Assembly: GCA_002780005.1 (NCBI GenBank)
Contig: PEWV01000075.1
Coordinates: 14,133 to 78,132, forward strand
Origin: Candidatus Aquitaenariimonas noxiae
Lineage (GTDB): Bacteria > Omnitrophota > Gorgyraeia > Aquitaenariimonadales > Aquitaenariimonadaceae
DNA length: 64,000 bases
Reading direction: 5' to 3'
Part shown: positions 38,568 through 46,630 of the stretch, in pieces
How positions within the stretch are numbered: the stretch's first letter is position 1
Layout of the letters: every line of letters begins with the position of its first letter
Notes under the pieces: generated by a model
The model's input: the letters and a program-made list of their open reading frames with translations, nothing else
Told to the model about the DNA's origin: nothing
Database searches by the model: none
Made by a program: the position numbers and the translations under genes

Positions 38568-40304
38568 TTATCTGAAAAATATTCTGTCGACGTCCTCTTT
38601 ACTGACGGCCTTATGTAATCGTTTGGATATTGTCTTATCGGGCCTCTTGTGATTCAACAGTTCGCACTTTATACTTGATAATTTAGAGGCCGCTACGCTG
38701 AAACTGCGCAGCCCAACGCTCAGCAGTAAAGGATAAAATTCTTCGAAACTGGCAACTTCGCCGCACAGGCAAACCTCTTTCTTGTGGGTTTTTCCCGATT
38801 TAACGACAAGTTCTATAAGTTTCACTAGAGAAGAATGTAAGATGTGATATCTTTTTTCTATTAGCGGATTGCCGCGGGAAGCGGCAAGCGTGTATTGCAA
38901 AAGGTCATTTGAGCCTATATTGACAAAATCAACATTCTTTATAAGCGAATCCAATAAGAGGGCCGCTGACGGAGTTTCCACCATAATGCCTTCTTTAATA
39001 CTTTTCTTGAATTTTTTACCCTCTTTTTTAAGGCTGGTTTTCGCGGACACGATCAATTTCTTGAATAAGTCTATATCGCTCATATCCGATATCATAGGAT
39101 ACAGGACTCTTAGGTCTCCAAAAACAGCTGCCCTAAGGATCGCCTTGACTTGCACCAGATATATGTCATAAAAGAAATCCAGCGCCCTTACACCCCTTAT
39201 GCCCAGATCAGGATTTTCCTGCGGCGGAAGATTTAAGTAAGGCGGCAACTTGTCAGGACTAATGTCCAAAAGTCTTACAGTAACGGGGAGGCCTTTGGCT
39301 TCTTCCAATATATGTTTATACATATTAAATTGCTCTTCTTCTGACGGAGGTGTTTCTTTGTTTAAAAAAAGAAATTCTGTCCTAAGCAAGCCTACCCCAT
39401 CGTATTGAAGTCCTCTCAATAGCTCTATTTCACCCGGCGTGCTAATATTGGCTTTTAACTTAATTCTAAGGCCTTTTTGAGTCTTGGAAGGCGCGTCTTT
39501 TACTGAAACACACACGGCTTTCCTTTTTTGAATATCCGATATCTTATTCGAATAGCGATCAAGCGTGGCCTGATCCGGAGAAACAAATACTTTACCGTCA
39601 AATCCGTCAACTATAATCTTATCACCGCATTTAATATTGACCTCTACGCTAACGCCAAAAACTACAGGCACATTGTAACCTCTTGCCAGAATAGTCGCAT
39701 GAGTAGTGAAGCCGCCTTCTTCGGTTACAAATGATAAAACATGTTCCTTAGGGATATTCAGCACCATTGAAGTGGTTAATCTTTTAGACACCACGATAAC
39801 AGGCTGCCTCTCGCCCACCGGGCATTCGAAATGACCTGCGAGATTGCCAAAAGATACCAAAAGCCTATTTCTAACATCTCTTACATCATGGGATAACTCT
39901 GAAAAATGAAGCTCACTTTTTTCATATGTTTTTACATATTCTTCAAAGGCATCACTTACCGCGTGTTCGGCATTAACCAATTTGGTGTTTATTAGATCCT
40001 TCATTCTTTCAAGTAGTACAGGGTCATCTAATATTAAGACGTGAGCGCTAAAGATTTCGCTCGCGCGTTTATCGAATAATTTTTCCGCAGCACGAGCCAT
40101 GCTTCCCATTGTTTCTTTGGCCTTCTTAATAGCTTCTTCCAGGCGAAGGATCTCCCCCTTAGTCCTATCTTTTTCTATTACATAGTGGGGGATCTCTTCT
40201 TCGACCTTTTCGGCATACAAACAGGCCGTTCCTATCACTACGCCGGAAGATGCCACCACACCTTTTAATATCTTCATAAAAATACGCTCCTTAGATTCAA
40301 GCAA
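38568..40304 (-). CDS. ptsI: PEP-protein phosphotransferase (PTS enzyme I)
   Basis: TTHATILAR phospho-His region, GVGLLRTEFLF, NPDLGIRG, MVETP, GSNDL.QY, CGE motifs. Confidence 0.9.
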   Translation of the reverse strand: MLESKERIFMKILKGVVASSGVVIGTACLYAEKVEEEIPHYVIEKDRTKGEILRLEEAIKKAKETMGSMARAAEKLFDKRASEIFSAHVLILDDPVLLERMKDLINTKLVNAEHAVSDAFEEYVKTYEKSELHFSELSHDVRDVRNRLLVSFGNLAGHFECPVGERQPVIVVSKRLTTSMVLNIPKEHVLSFVTEEGGFTTHATILARGYNVPVVFGVSVEVNIKCGDKIIVDGFDGKVFVSPDQATLDRYSNKISDIQKRKAVCVSVKDAPSKTQKGLRIKLKANISTPGEIELLRGLQYDGVGLLRTEFLFLNKETPPSEEEQFNMYKHILEEAKGLPVTVRLLDISPDKLPPYLNLPPQENPDLGIRGVRALDFFYDIYLVQVKAILRAAVFGDLRVLYPMISDMSDIDLFKKLIVSAKTSLKKEGKKFKKSIKEGIMVETPSAALLLDSLIKNVDFVNIGSNDLLQYTLAASRGNPLIEKRYHILHSSLVKLIELVVKSGKTHKKEVCLCGEVASFEEFYPLLLSVGLRSFSVAASKLSSIKCELLNHKRPDKTISKRLHKAVSKEDVDRIFFR

Positions 40305-40812
40305 TGACTTTCTTTAAAGCCGAAAGTGCGGCCTCATAATTCGGATGGGAAGACAGCTCAGGCACATATTCGACATACCTGGCTATATTATTTTTATCTA
40401 ATATAAAAATTGCCCTTGCCAGGAGCCTTAATTCCTTTATTAAAACTCCGTATTTGGATCCGAAATCAGCGTCTCTATGGTCAGAAAATGTTTTCACCTT
40501 TTTGATATCATTATCATGGCAAAATCTTTTTTGCGCGAAAGGCAGATCCATAGAGATAAAAATAATGACCAGGTCTTTTGATAATTTGCTCGCTTCATCG
40601 TTGAAGCGTTTTATTTCCAGATCGCAGACAGGCGTATCCAGGGAAGGCGCCGATGCGATTAATTTTATCTTGCCGGCAAACTTATCCAGGGAGACTTCGG
40701 CCAGTTCATTGTCTAAAACGGTGAAGCCTGGCGCCTTTGTCCCAAGTTTTATTTCTTCCCCGATCAATGTCAACGGTTTCCCTTTCACGGTTACCGCGTT
40801 TTGTCTTTCCAT
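40297..40812 (-). CDS. tpx: Thiol peroxidase
   Basis: PSLDTPVC, ISMDLPFAQKRFC motifs. Confidence 0.95.
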   Translation of the reverse strand: MERQNAVTVKGKPLTLIGEEIKLGTKAPGFTVLDNELAEVSLDKFAGKIKLIASAPSLDTPVCDLEIKRFNDEASKLSKDLVIIFISMDLPFAQKRFCHDNDIKKVKTFSDHRDADFGSKYGVLIKELRLLARAIFILDKNNIARYVEYVPELSSHPNYEAALSALKKVIA

Positions 40813-40823
40813 AAAACCCCCTT

Positions 40824-41375
40824 CTATACTACCCTGCTGATAATATCCGATAAAACCACTATATCCTCCGTGCAGAAGATTTCTTTTACGCTTTGATCAA
40901 AGAGTATGTTCGCTTCGGCTGAAAACTCGTCATCCTGGCCCCATACGGTAACAAGCACGGGCACGAAATCAAAAGCTTCCAATACTATTCCGCCGTCTCC
41001 GTATTGAATGGCTTTTCCCGGTAATCTTTCCAGGCAAGAAACAATACCTTGAGGCATTTTGCCGTATTTACGGCCGATCAACTCAAGGGATCTTTTTTTA
41101 AATGCATCATAATAACCCTGGCCGCCAGGCAACTCCTGGAAAGATATCCACTTTCCGGTAACTTCGGGTAAACCCTGTATTTTTTTAGCCAAATAATGCA
41201 GTATCAAAATAGAAACGTGTTCATGCGGAGGAATGTTGCAGGATAATGAAACAACCTGATGGGAGGATAAATCAATACTATAATTGTCAGCTAAAAATTT
41301 AATATCAGAAATATTATCTGCTTTAAATTCTTTAAGCTTGACCCACGCCTTTTCCAGCGCATCCTTGTAGCTCAT
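40824..41375 (-). CDS. DUF3786-like protein
   Basis: LILHYL, WISFQELPGG, DDEF.AEANILFD, TEDI pattern. Confidence 0.75.
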   Translation of the reverse strand: MSYKDALEKAWVKLKEFKADNISDIKFLADNYSIDLSSHQVVSLSCNIPPHEHVSILILHYLAKKIQGLPEVTGKWISFQELPGGQGYYDAFKKRSLELIGRKYGKMPQGIVSCLERLPGKAIQYGDGGIVLEAFDFVPVLVTVWGQDDEFSAEANILFDQSVKEIFCTEDIVVLSDIISRVV

Positions 41376-41440
41376 GTTAACTTCTTTTAGACCATCCCGG
41401 CTATTGCCTGTTCCAAGGAAATGGCCGGTATCGCATCTGG

Positions 41441-41491
41441 TTATTTAGGCTTTGGCTTCTTCTTATCCTGGCAACCGCAGGTTTTGCACAT
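41441..41491 (-). CDS. Putative 16-aa micro-peptide MCKTCGCQDKKKPKPK
   Basis: AGGAGG SD 5 nt upstream; CxxCGC motif. Confidence 0.55.
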   Translation of the reverse strand: MCKTCGCQDKKKPKPK

Positions 41492-41620
41492 ACTTTCCTC
41501 CTTTTTCATTTAATCGGGCTATCTTATTCTACCAATAATTCTTATATATATTTTAGCATACAGCAAGAAGCTTGGAAACTTATTTTTGAAACATAATTAA
41601 TAAAAATAGTGGGCAGTTTA

Positions 41621-41671
41621 CCCCGTTAGAGATTTATTCTCCAACGGGATAAACCCCAATCTCTAACGGGG
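41621..41671. mobile_element. 51-bp inverted-end insertion, copy 3
   Basis: CCCCGTTAGAGATT...AATCTCTAACGGGG flanked by TTTA at 41617-41620 and 41672-41675. Confidence 0.8.
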
Positions 41672-41672
41672 T

Positions 41673-41756
41673 TTAACGTCGTGCCCGGGACTTAATACCG
41701 CAGCCCTCTTTACAATGGGCGACTGGACGTAGCATGTATCTAACATTTACCCACAT
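41673..41756 (-). CDS. Putative 27-aa small ORF MWVNVRYMLRPVAHCKEGCGIKSRARR within a structured RNA region
   Basis: AAGGAGG SD 4 nt upstream of ATG; CxxGCG motif; 3' end overlaps a potential pseudoknot. Confidence 0.45.
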   Translation of the reverse strand: MWVNVRYMLRPVAHCKEGCGIKSRARR

Positions 41757-41815
41757 ATATCCTCCTTATTTTCTTAATTTGTTTTATCTTCAAAAGTGGA
41801 AAACTCTACTTTTCC

Positions 41816-42136
41816 TTAATTGGATGCTGCCTTCAGTTTTGTCGAATATTTCTCAGGATCGGCTTTAAAAACATCTGCACATGACGGGCAACAGAAACCC
41901 ACTGTCTTACCTTTATACTCAGTCGTATAAGGAGTATCTCCCGAAACCTTTCCTCCCAAAACCGGGCATTCGGTATTATAAACCTTGCCTTTCTCTACCG
42001 TACTAGCCGCGCCTGCGGCGCAACTAACTCCGGTTGCTCCTTGGGGGCCGCTTGATCCGCATCCTGCGTAGGCCCCTGCGGCAAAAAATGTCAACGTTAT
42101 GATCGCTATCAGAGCTATTAGTATAGTCTTATTCAT
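41816..42136 (-). CDS. Exported YHS/TRASH-domain metal-binding protein
   Basis: GGAGGTG SD before MNKTIL; signal peptide; CPVLG...FCCPSC. Confidence 0.82.
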   Translation of the reverse strand: MNKTILIALIAIITLTFFAAGAYAGCGSSGPQGATGVSCAAGAASTVEKGKVYNTECPVLGGKVSGDTPYTTEYKGKTVGFCCPSCADVFKADPEKYSTKLKAASN

Positions 42137-42164
42137 ATTGTTCACCTCCTCTTTACTTACTATG

Positions 42165-42195
42165 TAATGATACCATATTAGTATCATTATGTCAA
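42165..42195 (-). promoter_or_regulatory. Sigma70 promoter overlapped by perfect 9-7-9 palindrome
   Basis: TTGACA-17 nt-TATCAT; TAATGATAC CATATTA GTATCATTA. Confidence 0.78.
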
Positions 42196-42203
42196 GAAGA
42201 AAA

Positions 42204-43577
42204 TTATTTTTTTTCCAGGATGCATTTTGACATTCTACCGCAGGGTTTGGCCGGGTAATTCCCATCAAAACAGGCCGTGCAGAATTCCTCTTTCGGGATC
42301 GGCATGGATTTGAGCATACCTTCTTTGCTTAAATACTCAAGGCTATCCAGACCGATAAAATCTTTTATCCATTTTATGCTGTGATTCGACGCTATTAATT
42401 CCTTTTTAGTCGGGAAATCTATACCGTAAAAACACGGGAACCTAAGCGGCGGACAGCTTACCCGCATATGGACTTCTTTAGCTCCAGCTTCCCGCAGTGT
42501 CTTTACCCTGACCCTGCTCGTTGTCCCGCGGACTATAGAATCTTCTATAATAACTGTGCGCTTATTTCTTAGGACATCTTTTATCGGATTAAGTTTTACC
42601 CTGACTCTGAAATCCCTTATAAACTGTGACGGCTGAATAAATGTCCTCCCAACATAATGGTTCCTTATCAAGGCTGCTTCATATGGGATCCCGGATTCTT
42701 CTGAAAAACCTAAAGCGGCGTAATTCCCCGAATCGGGCACAGGCATCACGAAATCGCCTTTAGCGGGAAATTCTTTTGCCAGCTGCTTGCCCAAACGCTT
42801 CCGGGTTAAATAAACATTCTGGCCAAAAATATTGCTATCGGGCCTGGCAAAATATATATATTCAAATATGCAAAACGAATGTTTCTTTCCAGAAAAAGGT
42901 TTTTGAGACTCTATGCCTTTCTTGCTTATAAAAACTATCTCACCTGGCTCAACTTCCCTGATATATTCCGCATTTATCAAGTCTAGCGCGCAGGTTTCGC
43001 TCGCCAATACATAGGCATCGTCCAATTTACCGATACAAAGCGGCCTCCATCCGCCCGGATCCCTTGCTCCGGCCAAGTATCCGTTAAGCATGAGTACAAG
43101 CGAATACGCCCCTTCAAGCCCGGATAAGGCGTCAACAAGATTTTGCCTGTGGTCCGGGCTTTGTGATTTAGCTAAAAGATGAACTATTGTTTCGGAATCC
43201 ATTGTAGTCTGAAAGATAGAACCCCTACCTTCCATATCATGTCGCAGCTTGAAAGCATTTGTAAGGTTACCGTTATGAGCGATAGCTATATGCCCCTTAC
43301 TATGGTTTACAGAGAACGGCTGGATGTTTTTGGAAATGCTTGAACCTGTCGTTGAATAGCGAACATGTCCTATCGCTACGTCGCCGCGCAGCGACTTTAT
43401 GCTTTTTTCATCAAATACATCTCCGACCAGGCCCATACCCTTATGGGACATGATCTTTTTTTCGCTTGAGACAACTATGCCTGCGCTTTCTTCGCCGCGA
43501 TGCTGGAGCGCGTAAAGGCCCAGATAAGTAAGCCGCGCCGCGTCTTTATGCCCATATATACCGAATATCCCGCACAT
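42204..43577 (-). CDS. purF: Amidophosphoribosyltransferase
   Basis: MCGIFG, QHRG, GHVRYST, HNGNL, DSIVRGTTS motifs. Confidence 0.97.
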   Translation of the reverse strand: MCGIFGIYGHKDAARLTYLGLYALQHRGEESAGIVVSSEKKIMSHKGMGLVGDVFDEKSIKSLRGDVAIGHVRYSTTGSSISKNIQPFSVNHSKGHIAIAHNGNLTNAFKLRHDMEGRGSIFQTTMDSETIVHLLAKSQSPDHRQNLVDALSGLEGAYSLVLMLNGYLAGARDPGGWRPLCIGKLDDAYVLASETCALDLINAEYIREVEPGEIVFISKKGIESQKPFSGKKHSFCIFEYIYFARPDSNIFGQNVYLTRKRLGKQLAKEFPAKGDFVMPVPDSGNYAALGFSEESGIPYEAALIRNHYVGRTFIQPSQFIRDFRVRVKLNPIKDVLRNKRTVIIEDSIVRGTTSRVRVKTLREAGAKEVHMRVSCPPLRFPCFYGIDFPTKKELIASNHSIKWIKDFIGLDSLEYLSKEGMLKSMPIPKEEFCTACFDGNYPAKPCGRMSKCILEKK

Positions 43578-43581
43578 ACAC

Positions 43582-44394
43582 TTATATCCTCACAGGAATG
43601 CCTCTATCCTTAAGGTATTCCTTTGCCTCTCTGATCGAATATTTCCCGTAATGAAAAATAGATGCCGCAAGAACGGCATCAGCCCTGCCTGTTGTTAGCG
43701 CCTCATAAAGATGTTCTAAATCCCCTGCGCCGCCCGATGCTATAACCGGGATATTTACGGTTTCTGATATAGCCTTTGTCAGCTTCAGGTCATAACCCGC
43801 TGTCGTTCCGTCCATATCCATGCTGGTAAGCAGGATCTCGCCGGCCCCTGATCGTTCTGCCTTTTTTGCCCATTCGACCGCGTCAAGGCCGACCGGTTTT
43901 CTACCGCCGTAGGCATATACTTCCCATTTCTTTTTTTTGCTATGGACTATGGACTGTGGGCTGTGGACTAACTTCGCGTCTATGGCAACCACTATGCACT
44001 GGCTGCCAAATTCCTCGGATGCTTCTTTAATCAATGTAGGGTTTTCTATTGCCGCTGTATTTATAGAAACCTTATCGGCCCCAGATTTCAAGAGCTGTCT
44101 TATATCGCTTATATTTCGAATGCCGCCTCCAACCGTCAAAGGTATAAAGACCTGCTCTGCTGTTTTTATGACCACATCTAAAAATGCCTGGCGTTTTTCA
44201 ACGCTTGCTGTTATGTCTAAGAATACTACTTCGTCCGCGCCTTCTTTGGAATAGAAGGCTGCTGTCTTGACAGGGTCTCCCGTGTCTTTAAGGTCCAGGA
44301 AATTAATACCCTTCACAACTCTTCCGTCTTTTACATCCAGGCATGGTATTATTCTTTTAGTCAGCCCCGTTAGAAACTTAGCTCTTTCTACCAT
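43582..44394 (-). CDS. hisF: Imidazole glycerol phosphate synthase cyclase subunit; start supplied by inserted element, ancestral ATG at 44471
   Basis: [32 protein letters not shown] motifs. Confidence 0.96.
   Translation of the reverse strand: MVERAKFLTGLTKRIIPCLDVKDGRVVKGINFLDLKDTGDPVKTAAFYSKEGADEVVFLDITASVEKRQAFLDVVIKTAEQVFIPLTVGGGIRNISDIRQLLKSGADKVSINTAAIENPTLIKEASEEFGSQCIVVAIDAKLVHSPQSIVHSKKKKWEVYAYGGRKPVGLDAVEWAKKAERSGAGEILLTSMDMDGTTAGYDLKLTKAISETVNIPVIASGGAGDLEHLYEALTTGRADAVLAASIFHYGKYSIREAKEYLKDRGIPVRI
43940..43970. repeat. Heptamer tandem repeat (CTRTGGR)x4 within hisF
   Basis: ctatgga ctatgga ctgtggg ctgtgga cta; encodes [10 protein letters not shown]. Confidence 0.85.
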
Positions 44395-44464
44395 AATATT
44401 TATTCTCCATCCCCATTAAGAAAACATAAGCCATATTCAGCAAACCAAAACGTTTCTAACGGGG
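44365..44464. mobile_element. 100-bp inverted-end insertion, copy 4
   Basis: CCCCGTTAGAAAC...GTTTCTAACGGGG flanked by TCAG and TTAG; removal restores [11 protein letters not shown]. Confidence 0.82.
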
Positions 44465-45085
44465 TTAGCATAGTTTGCAAAAATTCTCCAAAAATTTAAG
44501 GCCCAATTCTGAGCTTTTTTCTGGGTGAAACTGTACGCCCCAAATATTATCCTTATTTACTGCAGAGGCGAAATCTTTCCCATACTTGGTCGTGCCGATT
44601 ATAATTCCTTTATCATCCGGATCAACATAATAGGTGTGAACGAAGTAGAAATATGAATTATCAGCTATGTCTTCAAACAGCTGTGGACTGTGGACTGTGG
44701 ACTGTGGACTTTTTATTTTAACCTCGTTCCATCCCATATGCGGCGTCTTCAATTGCAGATCAAATCTCTTAACTTTTCCTTTTAATATATCGAGGCCTCT
44801 ATGAGTGCCATGCTCCTCGCTTTCCGTAAATAATAATTGCAAACCAAGGCATATGCCTAAAAAAGGTTTGCCGTCTTTAATGATCCTGGTTATAGCAGGC
44901 AGGATATCTAATTCCGTAAGGTTAGCCATGGCCCTGGCAAAGGCGCCTACCCCGGGCAGAACAACGGCTTTAGCGTCGCTCAAATCATTAGGATTATCCG
45001 TAACCTTTGCCTGGGCGCCTACCATCTGGAAAGCTTTACTGACGCTTTTCAGGTTTCCCATGCCATAGTCGATTATCGCTATCAT
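44465..45085 (-). CDS. hisH: Imidazole glycerol phosphate synthase glutaminase subunit
   Basis: IDYGMGN, PGVGAF, GICLG, PHMGWN, QFHPEKS motifs. Confidence 0.96.
   Translation of the reverse strand: MIAIIDYGMGNLKSVSKAFQMVGAQAKVTDNPNDLSDAKAVVLPGVGAFARAMANLTELDILPAITRIIKDGKPFLGICLGLQLLFTESEEHGTHRGLDILKGKVKRFDLQLKTPHMGWNEVKIKSPQSTVHSPQLFEDIADNSYFYFVHTYYVDPDDKGIIIGTTKYGKDFASAVNKDNIWGVQFHPEKSSELGLKFLENFCKLC
44681..44710. repeat. Perfect heptamer repeat (CTGTGGA)x4 within hisH
   Basis: Encodes SPQSTVHSPQ. Confidence 0.9.
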
Positions 45086-45088
45086 ATA

Positions 45089-46630
45089 TTACTCCCACTC
45101 TATCGTAGAAGGCGGCTTGGATGAAATATCATAAACAACCCTGTTGATGCCTTTGACTTCATTTATAATACGGCTCGATATGGTTTCAAGCAACTCGTAG
45201 GGAAGCTTGGCCCAGTGAGCGGTCATTGCGTCTTCGCTCGTCACAGCCCTTACCGCAACCACATTCTCGTAAGTCCTCTCATCACCCATAACCCCTACTG
45301 TTTTTATAGGTAACAATACGCAGAATGACTGCCATAATTTTCTATAAAGGCCACTTCGTTTTATTTCATCTATCAATATCCAGTCGGCTTCCCGTAAAAG
45401 GTCAAGCCTATTCTTAGTGATCTTGTCTATTACGCGAACCGCAAGGCCCGGCCCCGGGAAAGGCTGTCTATAAATAGCTTCTTCCGGCATACCTAGTTCT
45501 TTTCCGAGTAGCCTTACCTCATCTTTAAATAAATCCTTAAGAGGCTCTATCAGTTCAAAATCCATGCGGGAAGGAAGTCCTCCTACATTGTGATGTGTCT
45601 TAATGGTCGCCGAAGGCCCGCCTATCGGGGATTTTGATTCTATTACATCAGGGTATAACGTGCCCTGGGCTAAAAATTTTATTTTCCCCATTTTTTTTGC
45701 TTCTTTCTCAAAAATTCTTATAAATAACTTGCCTATGATCTTGCGTTTTTTCTCAGGGTCCGTGACCCCTTTTAAACCGTTCAAAAAAACTTTACTCGCG
45801 TCGATTACTTTCAGGTTTATACGAAAGTTTTTTCTGAATCTTTTCTCGACAAGCTCGGACTCATGTTTGCGCAACAGCCCGTTATCGATAAAGATGGCGA
45901 CAAGATTTTTACCTATAGCCTTATGAAGAAGCACTGCCAACACCGAAGAATCCACGCCGCCGCTTAACCCGCATAGAACTTTTTCACCGTTTATCCGGTT
46001 TCTTAATTCTTTAATCGTGTTTTGCGCAAAAGAATACATATCCCACGATGGCTTGCATCCTGCTATATTAAATAGAAAATTTTTCAATATGATCTTCCCT
46101 TTTGGCGTGTGAACGACCTCGGGATGGAACTGAACCCCGAAAAAGTTTTTTTCAGGATGTTCCATAGCGGCGACCGGAGAATTTGAGGTGGAGCCTATTA
46201 CCCTAAAGCCCTTTGGCAATTTTGTTATCCTGTCTCCGTGGCTCATCCAGATCGTCTCTTTCGAAAGTAAATCTTTAAACAATGTCTTTTTTGATCTAAT
46301 GCTAAGGGTCGCCTTTCCATATTCCCGTGTCTTAGCCTTAGCAACATTCCCTTCCAATAATTTGGCCATAAGCTGCGCGCCGTAGCATATGCCGAGAACG
46401 GGTATGCCCATATTAAAAATATCCTTATCACATACGGGAGATTTTGCTGCGGTAACGCTGGCAGGGCCGCCTGACAAAATAACCGCTTTTGGTTTGCGAG
46501 CCGAAAGTTCATCCGCCCCTATATTGTAAGGCACTATTCCAGAGTAAACCTTATGCTCGCGTATCCTGCGGGTAATAAGATGGGTGTATTGAGAGCCAAA
46601 ATCTAAAATCGCTATCCAGTCTCTATCCAC
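45089..46630 (-). CDS. guaA: GMP synthase
   Basis: [34 protein letters not shown]; likely GTG start at 46630. Confidence 0.96.
   Translation of the reverse strand: MDRDWIAILDFGSQYTHLITRRIREHKVYSGIVPYNIGADELSARKPKAVILSGGPASVTAAKSPVCDKDIFNMGIPVLGICYGAQLMAKLLEGNVAKAKTREYGKATLSIRSKKTLFKDLLSKETIWMSHGDRITKLPKGFRVIGSTSNSPVAAMEHPEKNFFGVQFHPEVVHTPKGKIILKNFLFNIAGCKPSWDMYSFAQNTIKELRNRINGEKVLCGLSGGVDSSVLAVLLHKAIGKNLVAIFIDNGLLRKHESELVEKRFRKNFRINLKVIDASKVFLNGLKGVTDPEKKRKIIGKLFIRIFEKEAKKMGKIKFLAQGTLYPDVIESKSPIGGPSATIKTHHNVGGLPSRMDFELIEPLKDLFKDEVRLLGKELGMPEEAIYRQPFPGPGLAVRVIDKITKNRLDLLREADWILIDEIKRSGLYRKLWQSFCVLLPIKTVGVMGDERTYENVVAVRAVTSEDAMTAHWAKLPYELLETISSRIINEVKGINRVVYDISSKPPSTIEWE

Noticed and set aside
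26216-40812. Selenocysteine recoding in redox genes
   Set aside because: Active-site cysteines are encoded normally and I saw no in-frame TGA interrupting these genes.
41609-41754. Assignment as 6S RNA, ZTP or purine riboswitch, or a ribozyme
   Set aside because: I could not match the consensus of any of these by eye, and it lies downstream of purF rather than upstream of pur genes; left unassigned.
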